A stretch of 64,000 nucleotides of DNA from Aulosira sp. ZfuVER01 (GCA_034530615.2 JAVRCV020000033.1:92128-156127), one strand, 5' to 3'. Positions 37,180 to 48,132 are shown, counted from the first letter of the stretch. Translations and numbers: made by a program. Notes: generated from the sequence alone by a model not told the origin.

Positions 37180-38673
37180 TTATCCTTCATCCTTGAGCGG
37201 GCTTGTAACTACTAGTACTTTGTCACCATCTTTGAGATAACCTGCACCTTTAACTACCACGCGATCGCCTAATTTCAATCCGCTTTTGATTTGCACCCTG
37301 TTACCGTTGATAGGTTCTCCTAGTTCTACTTTTTGGGCAAGAACAATGTCTTCACCCGATAGCATGAATACAATTACACTGCCATCTGGTTGGGCTTGTA
37401 CTGCTTTTTGCGGTACTGTCATCCCCAGTGCTGAGTTGGTGCTAATCGCTGCGCGGGCAAACATTCCTGATTTGAGTAAGTTTGTCGGTGGTAAGTCAAT
37501 TTTTACTGTGGCTTCCCGCCTTTGATCGTTGACTAGTGGTTGTATTTCTCTAACTTTCCCCTGCAACTCGATCCGGCGATCTAAATCGGAAGTAACTTCT
37601 ACAGTTGCACCAACTTTCACCTGGGGAAGTTGAATTTCTGGAACTTTTGCTTGCAGTTCTAATTTGCGATCGCGAATAATCGAAAACAGCTTTTGCGTAC
37701 CGCCAATAATATTACCTACCTGCGTTTGTGGTGGTACACCTGTGACATCCCCTACTCTTGCTAGTTTTTCGGCAATAATTCCGGAGACAGGTGCAATCAC
37801 TAAAGTTTGCCCCAATTGCGTTTGCAACTGTACTACTCTCGCCGCACTACTGCGAACATCGGCTTCGGCTTTAGTCACATTCGCTTGGGCAATACTAATA
37901 TTTGCTTGACCGTTACCAACGTTTGCTTGCGCGCTACGCACATTTTCTTGGGCGACGCGCACGGACTCTTTAGCTGTTTTTACAGTGTAAGAACGAGTAT
38001 CGAGTTCTTGTTGACTAATTGCACCTGAGGCGGCAAGTTTTTGATAGCGTTGAAAATTCTTTTCCGCTTCTTCTAGCCTCGCCTGTGCTTGCGCTAAATC
38101 TGCTTGTCTTTGCTTGACTACTGCCAAGTTTGATGCAGCAGTAGCTTGTTTAGATGCTACATCTGCTTGCTTAGATTCCACATCTGCTTGCTTGGATTGC
38201 ACATCTGCTTTGGCTTGGCTAATTTGAGTTTGCAGTACAGAATCATCTAACACCGCCAGCACTTGACCTTTTTTGACGAAAGCTCCTTCTTTGACATTAT
38301 CGGGAATTTGTTTGATTTGCAGTCCGTTTGTCTGCGGTAGCACAGGAATTAAATCGGATGCGGCCACAGTACCTGTAGCGTTGAGAGTCTGAGCAATACT
38401 GGCAGATTCTACAGATGCAATGGTGACAGTCATCGATGGGTTAGCTGGGGATGCTGATTTATTCGCTACAGCTTTTTGTTGAGGAGCTGCTTGATTTTTG
38501 AATGCACCTACACCACCAAGAGCGATCGCAAAACCTAAACCCGTCCCTAGCAACAATGGCATTAACCATTGCCGAGTTGGTTTATCATCTAATTTTCTGG
38601 TAAAACTAGCATCCTCAGATATCAAAGGTTCTTCTATTTCGACTTCTGATGGACTTTCATCACCCGCGTTCAT
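37180..38673 (-). CDS. RND periplasmic adaptor subunit
   Basis: Lipoyl halves (VKKGQVLA, APVSG), long coiled coil and GLKLGDRVV. Confidence 0.92.
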   Translation of the reverse strand: MNAGDESPSEVEIEEPLISEDASFTRKLDDKPTRQWLMPLLLGTGLGFAIALGGVGAFKNQAAPQQKAVANKSASPANPSMTVTIASVESASIAQTLNATGTVAASDLIPVLPQTNGLQIKQIPDNVKEGAFVKKGQVLAVLDDSVLQTQISQAKADVQSKQADVESKQADVASKQATAASNLAVVKQRQADLAQAQARLEEAEKNFQRYQKLAASGAISQQELDTRSYTVKTAKESVRVAQENVRSAQANVGNGQANISIAQANVTKAEADVRSSAARVVQLQTQLGQTLVIAPVSGIIAEKLARVGDVTGVPPQTQVGNIIGGTQKLFSIIRDRKLELQAKVPEIQLPQVKVGATVEVTSDLDRRIELQGKVREIQPLVNDQRREATVKIDLPPTNLLKSGMFARAAISTNSALGMTVPQKAVQAQPDGSVIVFMLSGEDIVLAQKVELGEPINGNRVQIKSGLKLGDRVVVKGAGYLKDGDKVLVVTSPLKDEG

Positions 38674-39474
38674 GCTTCTACCTCATATTGCATATAAGAT
38701 ACCCTACTGAGATTTTCTTAAGAAAGATTGAAAATTATTAATGTATATTAAATATGACACTTTTTTGCAGATTCTGACTGTCATGCTTCCCAGTATCCGA
38801 ACATGACGGAGGTCATCTTTTTATTTCAGGCAAAGAATATTCGCAATATATTCAGACATTTGTAATATTGTCAATAAGTATTTGCACCGTAATATCCAGT
38901 AGTTTGAGGTATTAAAATACGAGTAACTTTGATTGCTGATGGAATTCAGATCGTGTGTGTGCAGATAATCACCATTTTTCAAAAATTGTCACTTCTCCAA
39001 CTAGGAACAAGAATTTTTAAGTATTATTACTTTGCTCCGGAAATAGTTAGATTAATTTTGCTACGAATTGTAGAAAAATTGTCGTTCCTATATCTAAGAT
39101 TAGGCATCAAAATCTGTGATTGTCTAGAGTAATTACTTTAATTGAGGTGGCAAACCCCTTGTATCTAGATTTATGCTGCTTAAAAAATAAATGCTAAAAA
39201 CTAATGAGGCCACGATCCATCTATACAAACGTCAATAAGCAATGTATCTTACTATTCCAACCTGCTATATGACTCATGTTCTCAGTAAATATTTTGCACA
39301 CCGATGAAAGGATAGCGTATCTTGTGGGAAAAATAGAAAAATGAATAGTACTAAAATCTCTAATTGAGCTACAGAGGAGGAAATCTCCATTGTCGTCAAT
39401 TCTACCCACAGCGGCACTAATATGGCAGTTTGCAAATAATCAATAAATTCTTATTACAAGTGAGTAACCACATT

Positions 39475-40344
39475 ATGTTCAATGCCACAGAAATTTTAAT
39501 TGATTCTTTTGTTAATCAACTTCGAGAAGGCTATCGTCGTACCTATGGCGCTTTCAAACATGATTATCAAGATATTATCGCCTGGGCTGGGAGCATGGCT
39601 TTGGAAAACATTGCTAATAGTGACGCCCTATATCACAACGTCGAACACACTATTCTCGTTACCCTTGTAGGACAAGAAATTTTACGGGGCAAACATATCC
39701 GTGAGGGAGGTGTTTCCAGTGACGATTGGTTACATTTTATTATTTCTTTAGTCTCTCATGATATTGGCTATGTTAAAGGAGTTTGTCGGCAAGACCAAGA
39801 GACAGAAGGCTTATATGCTACAGGTAAAAATGACAGAATGATTTCTCTACCTCCTGGTGCTTCTGATGCCAGTCTCATACCCTATCATGTCGATCGGGCA
39901 AAACTTTTTATTGATGAACGTTTTGGTGGACATAAGTTAATCGATGCTGAAGTAATTAAAACTAATATTGAATTAACTAGGTTTCCTGTACCAGCGGCGG
40001 AAGATCATCAAGATACAAATAACTTTGCTGGTTTAGTACGAGCAGCAGACTTGATTGGACAATTAAGCGATCCACGTTACTTAAAGAAAATTACTTCTTT
40101 ATTCTATGAGTTTGAAGAAACTGGCATGAATAAAGTTTTAGGTTATCAAACCCCAGCCGATTTACGGAAGAATTACGCCAAATTTTACTGGAATGGGGTT
40201 TATCCTTATGTGCAAGATGCACTACGTTATCTATCGCTGACACAGCAAGGTAAACAAATTCTGGCTAATCTTTACTCAAATGTGTTTGTTGTAGAACATG
40301 ACAAACAACAAGAGGAACAGCGGTATGTAGTTAATAGTTATTAG
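39475..40344 (+). CDS. HD-domain metal-dependent phosphohydrolase
   Basis: YHNVEH, SHDIGY, YHVDR and RAADLIGQ motifs. Confidence 0.88.
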   Translation: MFNATEILIDSFVNQLREGYRRTYGAFKHDYQDIIAWAGSMALENIANSDALYHNVEHTILVTLVGQEILRGKHIREGGVSSDDWLHFIISLVSHDIGYVKGVCRQDQETEGLYATGKNDRMISLPPGASDASLIPYHVDRAKLFIDERFGGHKLIDAEVIKTNIELTRFPVPAAEDHQDTNNFAGLVRAADLIGQLSDPRYLKKITSLFYEFEETGMNKVLGYQTPADLRKNYAKFYWNGVYPYVQDALRYLSLTQQGKQILANLYSNVFVVEHDKQQEEQRYVVNSY

Positions 40345-40576
40345 TCAAGAGTCAAGAGTCAAGAGTCAAAAGTTACAGCATTTTTCAGGCAAATGAAGTG
40401 CCCTGACGATAATCTGTACATCACTTCTTTGCAATCTGCTGTAAGAGCTAAAATTAATGATGCTTGGCTAAAAATTCTTAATTTTGAATTCTTAATTCTG
40501 AATTTTGAATTATCCAGAGGGGTTGACTATTGACCCTTGAACCTTGACTATTACACTATTAACCCTTGACTATTTA
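40344..40576. repeat. Cluster of STRR heptamer arrays, (AGTCAAG)n, (AATTYTK)n and (TTGACYN)n
   Basis: agtcaag x3-4 from 40344; aattctt/aattttg from ~40472; ttgacta/ttgaccc from ~40524. Confidence 0.8.
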
Positions 40577-40584
40577 ACAAAACT

Positions 40585-41700
40585 ATGGATTGGTGGCAAC
40601 GACTTAAAAAGAATCCTTTGGCGCGATTTGGGGCGATTTTGCTATTATTTTTCTATTTAGCGGTAATAGCTGCTGATTTTGTCGCCCCTTACGATCCTTA
40701 TGCGTCACAACCAAATGGTTCGTTGCTACCACCAACCAAGATTTACTGGGCTTCACCCTCAGGGCAGTTTATTGGCCCCCATATTTATCCTACGACTCAG
40801 GGAGACACAAATTTAGAAACAGGCGATCGCAAACTGATCGTAGATTTCAAAAAGCCCTCACCCCTGCGTCTATTTGTCTCTGGGCCAGAGTACCGATTTT
40901 TGCAGATTAGTTTCCCACTACCACCCAAATGGGATGAAGTTACTATTTTCCCTGGTATACCTTTAAATTGGCATTTGTTTGGCACCACTGGGGAGGCAAA
41001 ATTTAACATCTTAGGTACAGACGATCAAGGCCGCGACCAATTTAGCCGTTTAGTGCATGGAGGTCGTATTAGCCTGTTTATTGGTATTTTTGGCGTTATC
41101 ATCACCTACCCCCTCGGTTTACTCATCGGCGGTATTTCTGGTTATTTTGGCGGTATAGCAGATACCACGATCATGCGCCTAGCAGAAGTGCTGATGACTT
41201 TTCCTAGCATTTATCTTTTGGTGACTTTGGGAGCCGTATTACCAGCTGGTTTAAGCAGTACCCAACGCTTTTTACTAATTGTGGTAATTACTTCGGTAAT
41301 TAGCTGGGCAGGTTTAGCAAGAGTAATTCGCGGACAAGTGCTTTCCATTAAAGAACGAGAATTTGTGCAAGCAGCACGAGCAATGGGAGGTAAACCGCTA
41401 TATATTATCCTGCGTCACGTGTTGCCACAAACTGCTACCTATGTGATTATTTCTGCTACCTTATCTGTTCCTAGTTTTATTAGTGCCGAAGCTGTATTAA
41501 GTCTCATCGGCTTAGGAATTCAACAACCAGACCCCTCTTGGGGTAATATGCTCTCGTTGGCAAGTAATGCTTCGATTTTGGTACTGCAACCTTGGCTAAT
41601 TTGGCCGCCAGCATTGCTAATTATCCTCACTGTTCTAGCTTTCAATTTACTGGGCGATGGGCTAAGAGATGCGCTCGATCCTCGGAGTTTGCGACGTTAG
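40585..41700 (+). CDS. Peptide/nickel ABC transporter permease (OppC/DppC-like)
   Basis: LGTDDQGRD, EFVQAARAMG and FNLLGDGLRDALDP motifs. Confidence 0.92.
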   Translation: MDWWQRLKKNPLARFGAILLLFFYLAVIAADFVAPYDPYASQPNGSLLPPTKIYWASPSGQFIGPHIYPTTQGDTNLETGDRKLIVDFKKPSPLRLFVSGPEYRFLQISFPLPPKWDEVTIFPGIPLNWHLFGTTGEAKFNILGTDDQGRDQFSRLVHGGRISLFIGIFGVIITYPLGLLIGGISGYFGGIADTTIMRLAEVLMTFPSIYLLVTLGAVLPAGLSSTQRFLLIVVITSVISWAGLARVIRGQVLSIKEREFVQAARAMGGKPLYIILRHVLPQTATYVIISATLSVPSFISAEAVLSLIGLGIQQPDPSWGNMLSLASNASILVLQPWLIWPPALLIILTVLAFNLLGDGLRDALDPRSLRR

Positions 41701-41717
41701 ATGACCTACACTTTGCA

Positions 41718-41737
41718 GGGTTTAGCAATGCTAAACC
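41718..41737. repeat. REP-like palindrome GGGTTTAGCAATGCTAAACC
   Basis: Identical core recurs at 44226-44246. Confidence 0.7.
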
Positions 41738-41986
41738 TCCAAAATAGATTTGGTACTTCTTGTCAATGCCTAATTACTAATAATTTTGGCTTGATAATTT
41801 CTCATTTACAGCCCCCCATTTCAGTTGTGGGCTATTAATTACGAATTACGAATTATCAATTACTAATTATTTTCGATTCTTCCTCAAGGATGCTACTCAA
41901 ACACCTTTGGGCAGATGACGCTAACTAGGGAATCAGTATCCAATATATCTGAGGCAGGCAATAGCTGGGATAAGGAGACTGATGTA

Positions 41987-42997
41987 ATGAGGTGGCAAGC
42001 GATTTGGAAATTATTCCAAGAGACTTTTAAAGAATGGAGTGAGGATAAAGCCTCACGATTAGCGGCAGCATTGGCTTATTACACGATTTTCTCGATCGCG
42101 CCGTTGTTGATTATTGTAATTGCGATCGTTGGTGCAGTCTTTGGAGAAGAGGCCGCTAGAGGTGAAATTGTTCGACAAATTCAAGGTTTAGTTGGCAGAC
42201 AGGGCGCAGAATTTATCGAAACAGCGATTCAAAATGCTAACCAACCAGAGACTGGAACTATCGCTTCAATCATTAGTATCTTCGTTCTGCTTTTAGGTGC
42301 TACTGGTTTATTTAACGAGTTACAAGATGCTCTCAATACAATTTGGGAAGTCAAGACAAAACCAGGAGCAGGCGTGAACAATATGGTGCGCCAACGCGCT
42401 TTATCGTTTGCGATGGTTTTAGGAATTGGATTTCTCCTTCTAGTTTCTCTAGTAATTAGTGCAGGTTTGACAGCACTGGTAACTTTTTTTAGTAACTTAG
42501 TACCAGGTTTTGATTGGATTTGGCAAATTGTTAACTTCCTATTGAGTTTTGCTATCACGACAGTACTGTTTGGACTCATTTTTAAAGTTCTGCCCGATGT
42601 CAAAATTACTTGGAGTGATGTTTTAATTGGTGCGTCTATCACCTCACTTCTATTTTCTATCGGTAGATTTTTGTTAGGACAATATCTAGGTAACGGCAGT
42701 TTTGGATCAACCTATGGTGCTGCTGGTTCAGTGGTAGTTATCTTAGCTTGGATTTATTACGCTGCTCAAATTCTATTTTTCGGGGCTGAATTTACTCAGG
42801 TTTATGCTAGAAGATATGGCAGTGGTATTACCCCAACTAAGAATGCTGTACCTCTAAATCATCCAGAAACGCAAGATAGCGATCCTAATCAAACGAGGAG
42901 GCCTGCTGCTAATAAAAGACCATCTTCTAACATTATTAGTCGCATCATGCGCTCTTTTACTAAACCCAAGGGTATGAAAAAGAGAAGAAGAAGTTAG
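41987..42997 (+). CDS. YihY/virulence factor BrkB family protein
   Basis: AAALAYYTIFSIAP, STYGAAGS and FFGAEF motifs; AGGAG RBS. Confidence 0.9.
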   Translation: MRWQAIWKLFQETFKEWSEDKASRLAAALAYYTIFSIAPLLIIVIAIVGAVFGEEAARGEIVRQIQGLVGRQGAEFIETAIQNANQPETGTIASIISIFVLLLGATGLFNELQDALNTIWEVKTKPGAGVNNMVRQRALSFAMVLGIGFLLLVSLVISAGLTALVTFFSNLVPGFDWIWQIVNFLLSFAITTVLFGLIFKVLPDVKITWSDVLIGASITSLLFSIGRFLLGQYLGNGSFGSTYGAAGSVVVILAWIYYAAQILFFGAEFTQVYARRYGSGITPTKNAVPLNHPETQDSDPNQTRRPAANKRPSSNIISRIMRSFTKPKGMKKRRRS

Positions 42998-43036
42998 CAA
43001 TAAGCCATCATTTCAACGGGTATTTTTAGTGGGTCG

Positions 43037-43846
43037 TTGACTGTGGAGTTAGTAACAATAGAGGGACAGCCAGCAAGTATTCTGGGTTTAGCAGGTCAAT
43101 CGATAGATGCTGCAACTGTTTTGTTGGCATTTGAAGCGGGAATCAATTATTTTTTCTTTTACAATTTGGAATCAGAAAATTTTTTGAGTGGCTTAAAATC
43201 TCTGTTGGCAGCAAATCGCGAGCAAGCTTTGGTGGCAACGGGAAGTGAAAACCGAGATATACAATCTTTACGCAATTACTTGAACTCTGTGCGCCATTGT
43301 TTAAATGTCGATCGGGTGGATATATTTTTTACTGAATATGTCTCCCCTGCTGATGACCTGACTCAGGTTCAGGCAGTACTAGACGAACTTCGTTTATGGA
43401 AGGACTCTGGAGTGGTGCGCTATGTGGGAGTCACTACCCACAACCGAGCTATTGCTTTAGAAATGATCGAGCACCATCATTGTGATGTGTTGATGCACCG
43501 TTATAATATGGCACATCGGAAAGCTGAAGAAGACGTTTTACCAGAAGCTCAAAAAGCTAGTGTTCCTGTGGTGGCATTCACTTGCACCCGTTGGGGAACG
43601 TTACTCCAAGGTCATCCTCACTGGCAAGATAAACCACCACTAGCAGCAGACTGTTATCGCTATGCCCTAAGTAATTCAGCAGTACGTTTGGCACTGACTG
43701 CCCCAAAAACTAGGCAGGAATTACAAGAAAATCTTGCTGTGTTGCACGCGCCCCAACTTTCAAAGCAAGAACTAGCCCATTGGCAAGAATATGGTGAGTT
43801 GATTTACGGTAATGGGCAAGATTCATTTGATACTCAATGGATTTAA
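43037..43846 (+). CDS. Aldo/keto reductase family protein
   Basis: GVVRYVGVTTHN and MHRYN motifs. Confidence 0.75.
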   Translation: MTVELVTIEGQPASILGLAGQSIDAATVLLAFEAGINYFFFYNLESENFLSGLKSLLAANREQALVATGSENRDIQSLRNYLNSVRHCLNVDRVDIFFTEYVSPADDLTQVQAVLDELRLWKDSGVVRYVGVTTHNRAIALEMIEHHHCDVLMHRYNMAHRKAEEDVLPEAQKASVPVVAFTCTRWGTLLQGHPHWQDKPPLAADCYRYALSNSAVRLALTAPKTRQELQENLAVLHAPQLSKQELAHWQEYGELIYGNGQDSFDTQWI

Positions 43847-43910
43847 CTAGTAATGAGGCAGACACAACCACAGCACCGAGAAAAAAAGCGTGACCATCTA
43901 TGACTTTGAA

Positions 43911-44114
43911 CTATTCTGGCTTTTTATGCCATTGTCCATCATCACCTTTTTCGTAATCGCGTTTTACTGCGCTCCAAGCTACACGAAAGGCACGTTCTTC
44001 TTCCCCATATTCTTCTAAAGCATTGTTGAATGCAGCTCGAAAGATTTCTTGGGCGTGCTTAGGTAAATGTTCTCTGACTGAATCTGGTAAATCCTCAATC
44101 TGTTGATAAGGCAT
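43911..44114 (-). CDS. chaB: ChaB family protein
   Basis: MPYQQIEDLPDSVREHLPKHAQEIF...AWSAVK. Confidence 0.92.
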   Translation of the reverse strand: MPYQQIEDLPDSVREHLPKHAQEIFRAAFNNALEEYGEEERAFRVAWSAVKRDYEKGDDGQWHKKPE

Positions 44115-44225
44115 ATATTAGACTCCTATTTGAGAAGGGATTACGCAAGTATCAGAAAAAATTGGATTTTTTCTGTGTAGTAATACCAATTCACAAGAAT
44201 CCCTATCCAGATAGATTTTCTATGG

Positions 44226-44246
44226 GGGTTTAGCAATGCTAAACCC
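44226..44246. repeat. REP-like palindrome, second copy
   Basis: gggtttagcaatgctaaaccc, within a larger imperfect IR (tccagata...tatctgga). Confidence 0.7.
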
Positions 44247-44294
44247 TTACCAGGTATTTGCTTATCTGGAAATTGTGTAATTAATTATTGATGC

Positions 44295-44738
44295 CTACAA
44301 ACTAATGGTTTGTTGCTGAAATTTCGATTGAGTTTCCCAATAATCAGCCCTGTTGATTTTTATCTTCAGCAAAGCAAGATTGGGTTCGTCTAATCCTTGG
44401 GGAAACCAGGCTTTGAGTTTCGGCTTCCATAACTCTTGCATTTTATTTTGGTCTTTTACAAGTTCTGCAATACCTGAGATGGAAATATATCGCTGCTTGT
44501 CAGGTGATGTGAAGCTGAGATTGACGTGCTGACGATGCTCAATCTCAAATACTTTATGGGTACTTGCGTTGGTAAAAAACCAGAGTGTGCCATCAGGCTG
44601 GATTTCGCTAGTCTTGTCCATAGGACGACTGTGTAAGCTGTTATCGTCATCGACTGTGGTTAACATCGCACAGTCGATATCTTGAATCAGTCCACGCAGC
44701 TTATGTATATGTTGATTTTGGTCGGTAGAAGTTGTCAT
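44295..44738 (-). CDS. Pyridoxamine 5'-phosphate oxidase-like / general stress protein 26
   Basis: AMLTT...LHSRPM, LWFFT and WFPQG motifs. Confidence 0.88.
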   Translation of the reverse strand: MTTSTDQNQHIHKLRGLIQDIDCAMLTTVDDDNSLHSRPMDKTSEIQPDGTLWFFTNASTHKVFEIEHRQHVNLSFTSPDKQRYISISGIAELVKDQNKMQELWKPKLKAWFPQGLDEPNLALLKIKINRADYWETQSKFQQQTISL

Positions 44739-45043
44739 TTACCTTACTCTGTTTTGATATTGCTTACAAAGTTAAAATTTTTGACTACAACCAATTGCTG
44801 TGGTTAGTAATTTCCTATTTCAGTATCAACATTTTTTCTTTTTAATTGCATGAGCCTAAAGATATAGTTTTGCTGAGATTCACTTGCAAACTTATACAGA
44901 TAAACAAAAACTAGGCAAAAGAAAGATTAACTTTCTAACTTCTGAATACAAGAAATTTTATTCCAATTGGATGATGAAAAGAAATTGGAACAATGCCGGA
45001 ATGGTAGTGTTACATCCACACATCAATTGTTTTAACAAAACTT

Positions 45044-45487
45044 ATGCAAGTTCAAGAACAACAATCAGAATATGTTGACCCTACTTTGACTAACGACATG
45101 GCAGCAGTTACAAGTTCTGAGCCAGGAAATCTGTCAAAGCTAGCAAGTGCTGATAGATCTAATGATAAAGTTTCAGAAATCGGCAGAAGTATTTCAGAGT
45201 TTCTGGAGAGATTGCCACAAAACATAGTTAGTTTCTATAACGAATATCGGCTGCCAGTTGTTAGCTTTGCTGTGCTAATTGCAGCAATGACTGCCCTGAG
45301 AATATTACTAGCAATCACAGATGCCTTAAATGATATTCCGTTGGTTGCTCCATTTTTTGAATTGATTGGATTTGGTTACGTAACCTGGTTTGTGTTTCGC
45401 TATTTTCTCAAAGCTTCTACTCGCCAAGAGTTAGCTGGAGAGATTGACATGGTTAAGAAGCAGATTACAGACGACAATGCTTCCTAA
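45044..45487 (+). CDS. CAAD/CURT1-like thylakoid membrane protein
   Basis: DALNDIPLVAPFFELIGFGYVTWFVFRY...RQEL. Confidence 0.88.
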   Translation: MQVQEQQSEYVDPTLTNDMAAVTSSEPGNLSKLASADRSNDKVSEIGRSISEFLERLPQNIVSFYNEYRLPVVSFAVLIAAMTALRILLAITDALNDIPLVAPFFELIGFGYVTWFVFRYFLKASTRQELAGEIDMVKKQITDDNAS

Positions 45488-45622
45488 TTACATGGTGCGA
45501 TCGCGAGTATAGACAACACAGAGGGAGTAGCTGTGAATGCGTCCCTCTGTGAGCGATCGCTAACTAGAACTTAGTATAGTTAGATTTGAGTAACATAAAA
45601 AATAAAACCAAATTTCTACAAG

Positions 45623-45817
45623 ATGCAACAAGACTCAGTATTTGTCATATTTCTTGTCTTCGGGTTTATCTGGCTGCTGATGGGAGTTGGCGGTTGGATT
45701 GCGCTGCTTAAATCTGAAGGTGAGGAGATTAAGGTTGGCAAATGGGGACTGATAGTTGCTATCCCAATTTTGATACCGATAATTATTACCCTGATTATTG
45801 GCATAATTTACCGTTAA
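45623..45817 (+). CDS. Small membrane hypothetical protein
   Basis: 64 aa with two hydrophobic helices. Confidence 0.55.
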   Translation: MQQDSVFVIFLVFGFIWLLMGVGGWIALLKSEGEEIKVGKWGLIVAIPILIPIIITLIIGIIYR

Positions 45818-45849
45818 ATCGGGTGGGATTTCCCCACCCCAAGTTTTAA

Positions 45850-46275
45850 TCAAGTCGGTTGAGGTTGTTTTTGAGCATAAAGTTGATCGCAGTAGATTGC
45901 CCAAGCAACTCCAAATAAACCACTGAGAGAACCTGCGATCGCCGCGACTACACCCCATCCTAATGGCCCAGTCCAATTGGAAATCTCTTTGAGAATTGCC
46001 GTACTGACTTTGCTGACAACATAAGCTGTTCCTGTTGCAGCAACTGTAACTATTCCCAACTCTGCAAGAATCTCCACAAGTTCTTTTTGGGATAAATCCT
46101 CTGCAAAATAAATTTTCCAAATGCTGGTGTACATCAAGACATCAGAAGCAGTTAAAAGAATTTGTTTAGGAATTTCTCCCCCAGGAGTTGGCGCTGCTGA
46201 GGCTGTACCACTACCAATAGCATAAGTAGCGATCGCTAAAGTAGCGTCTAATCTTTTTTTACCCAGACTACTCAC
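45850..46275 (-). CDS. Hypothetical membrane protein (DUF697-like)
   Basis: AAPTPG...LTASDVLMY pattern; GGAG RBS. Confidence 0.6.
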   Translation of the reverse strand: MSSLGKKRLDATLAIATYAIGSGTASAAPTPGGEIPKQILLTASDVLMYTSIWKIYFAEDLSQKELVEILAELGIVTVAATGTAYVVSKVSTAILKEISNWTGPLGWGVVAAIAGSLSGLFGVAWAIYCDQLYAQKQPQPT

Positions 46276-46418
46276 AGTCTTGTCTCCATAATTATTTAAA
46301 TCTATTGTGGCAATTTAATTTTGGCACTTCTGATTTTTCGGGTTGTAGCTAAACCATGTTCCATAATTCAAAGATGAGAGTCTCACCGTCAGGACTGCTT
46401 GATGATGTATCAAACTAA

Positions 46419-46688
46419 CCCACCGCGATCGCGGCTGAGGATGTGGTTTTAGTAGAAGACATTGTAGATACTGGGATTACCACTACCACAGCTTTAGAAT
46501 ACCTGAAAAGTTACCAGCCAGCTTCCTTAAAACTGTGTGCTTTGCTGGATAAACCTGCTCGTAGGCAAGTGCAAGTCACGATTGATTATTTGGGACTAAC
46601 CGTGCCTGACCGTTTGATCGTGGGTTATGGCATCGATTTTGACCAGAAGTATCGGCAACTTCCAGCTATTTATACTATCGAGTCTTGA
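46419..46688 (+). pseudogene. hpt: Hypoxanthine phosphoribosyltransferase, C-terminal half only
   Basis: VVLVEDIVDTG, LLDKP and VGYGIDFDQKYRQLP; in-frame TAA at 46416 and no N-terminal half. Confidence 0.85.
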
Positions 46689-46965
46689 GAATTTTTTAAC
46701 CTGCTACCATCTGCGTAAAAAAATATTACGGGGCGTACTTTATTGATTTACTAACTTGCCCAAAAATGGTAGATATACATGGAAATTTTTGCACAATACA
46801 ATTAACTCTTCACGCTATTTAGTTTCTCTAACTTGCGCATTAATGAGATAATTCCGTAGAGCGCTCGCCTTCGTTGCGCCAACGGCAATTTTTTTGTAGT
46901 TATACTTAAGCCCATAAAGTAACAATAATTCTTTAATTTTTCAATTTATTCAGTAACATATCACA

Positions 46966-48132
46966 ATGTTTAAGTTATTCAGAATCAAACACGGATTAAT
47001 ATTGCTGGTTTCTTCTTTAATTATAATTTTCTTGATTATCTTAGGAACAAGTAAAATTAGTACAGCAGCCCAAAAACATGAAGTACGGGGTGTGTGGATT
47101 ACTAATATTGATAGTGAAGTACTTTTTTCATCTCACAATCTAAAAAATGCTTTAAATCGTCTTGCCAAATTAAATTTTAATACTATTTATCCTACAGTTT
47201 GGAATGGTGGTTATACACTTTATCCTAGTAGCGTTGCTCAAAGAGTATTAGGTCAATCTATCCAGCCAATTCCCGAATTAAAAGATAGAGATATTCTTCA
47301 AGAAGTTCTTAAAGAAGGACATAAAAAAGGTTTAACTGTGATTCCTTGGTTTGAATTTGGGTTTATGACTCCCATAGATTCAGAATTAGCTAAACGACAT
47401 CCCGATTGGTTAACTAATCGTTATGATGGTACTAAAGTTGATAATCATAATCAAGTTTGGCTTAATCCTTTTCATCCAGAAGTTCAGCAGTTTATGATTG
47501 ATTTAATCACAGAAGCTGTAGCTAGATACGATCTCGATGGAATTCAATTAGACGATCATTTTGGCTTACCTTCTGAATTTGGTTATGATGATTATACTGT
47601 AGCAATGTACACAAAAGAATTAAAGGGTTTAGTTCCTTCTAAAGATTTTTATGAAACTTTTTGGGTGCGTTGGCGGGCTGATAAGATTAATGAATTTATG
47701 AAACATTTATCAGCTAAAATTAAAGCTGTTAAACCAGATTGTATAATTTCTATTTCTCCTAATCCTTTACATTTTTCTTTACCTGCGACTTTACAAGATT
47801 GGTTTACCTGGGAAAGACGAGAATATATTTCCGAAATAGTTTTACAAGTCTATCGTTCCGACTTAAATCGTTTTCTAACAGAATTAGAAAGAGCAGAAGT
47901 TGATTTAGCTAAAACTCATTTACCTGTTTCTGTTGGCATTTTAAGCGGTTTAAAATCTAAATCTTTACCGATTAATCAAATTAAATCGCAAGTTGAAGAA
48001 GTCCGCCAACATGGTTTAGCCGGAGTCTCATTCTTTTTCTATGAAAGCCTTTGGAATTGGTCAGACGAAGCCCCTATTGTACGAGAAAAAGTTATTCAAA
48101 GAATGTTTTCTAATTCTGTATCTCGCGGATAA
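46966..48132 (+). CDS. Glycoside hydrolase family 10-like (GHL10/DUF187) secreted protein
   Basis: Signal/TM, EVRGVWIT, PWFEFG, WLNPFHPEV, DGIQLDDHF. Confidence 0.88.
   Translation: MFKLFRIKHGLILLVSSLIIIFLIILGTSKISTAAQKHEVRGVWITNIDSEVLFSSHNLKNALNRLAKLNFNTIYPTVWNGGYTLYPSSVAQRVLGQSIQPIPELKDRDILQEVLKEGHKKGLTVIPWFEFGFMTPIDSELAKRHPDWLTNRYDGTKVDNHNQVWLNPFHPEVQQFMIDLITEAVARYDLDGIQLDDHFGLPSEFGYDDYTVAMYTKELKGLVPSKDFYETFWVRWRADKINEFMKHLSAKIKAVKPDCIISISPNPLHFSLPATLQDWFTWERREYISEIVLQVYRSDLNRFLTELERAEVDLAKTHLPVSVGILSGLKSKSLPINQIKSQVEEVRQHGLAGVSFFFYESLWNWSDEAPIVREKVIQRMFSNSVSRG

Noticed and set aside
38929..39409. Short ORFs in the RND/HD divergent region
   Set aside because: AT-rich, non-ATG starts and no recognisable motifs.
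45497..45560. HIP1-flanked hairpin as a mobile element
   Set aside because: Single copy directly after the CAAD gene; most simply a terminator with chance HIP1 sites.
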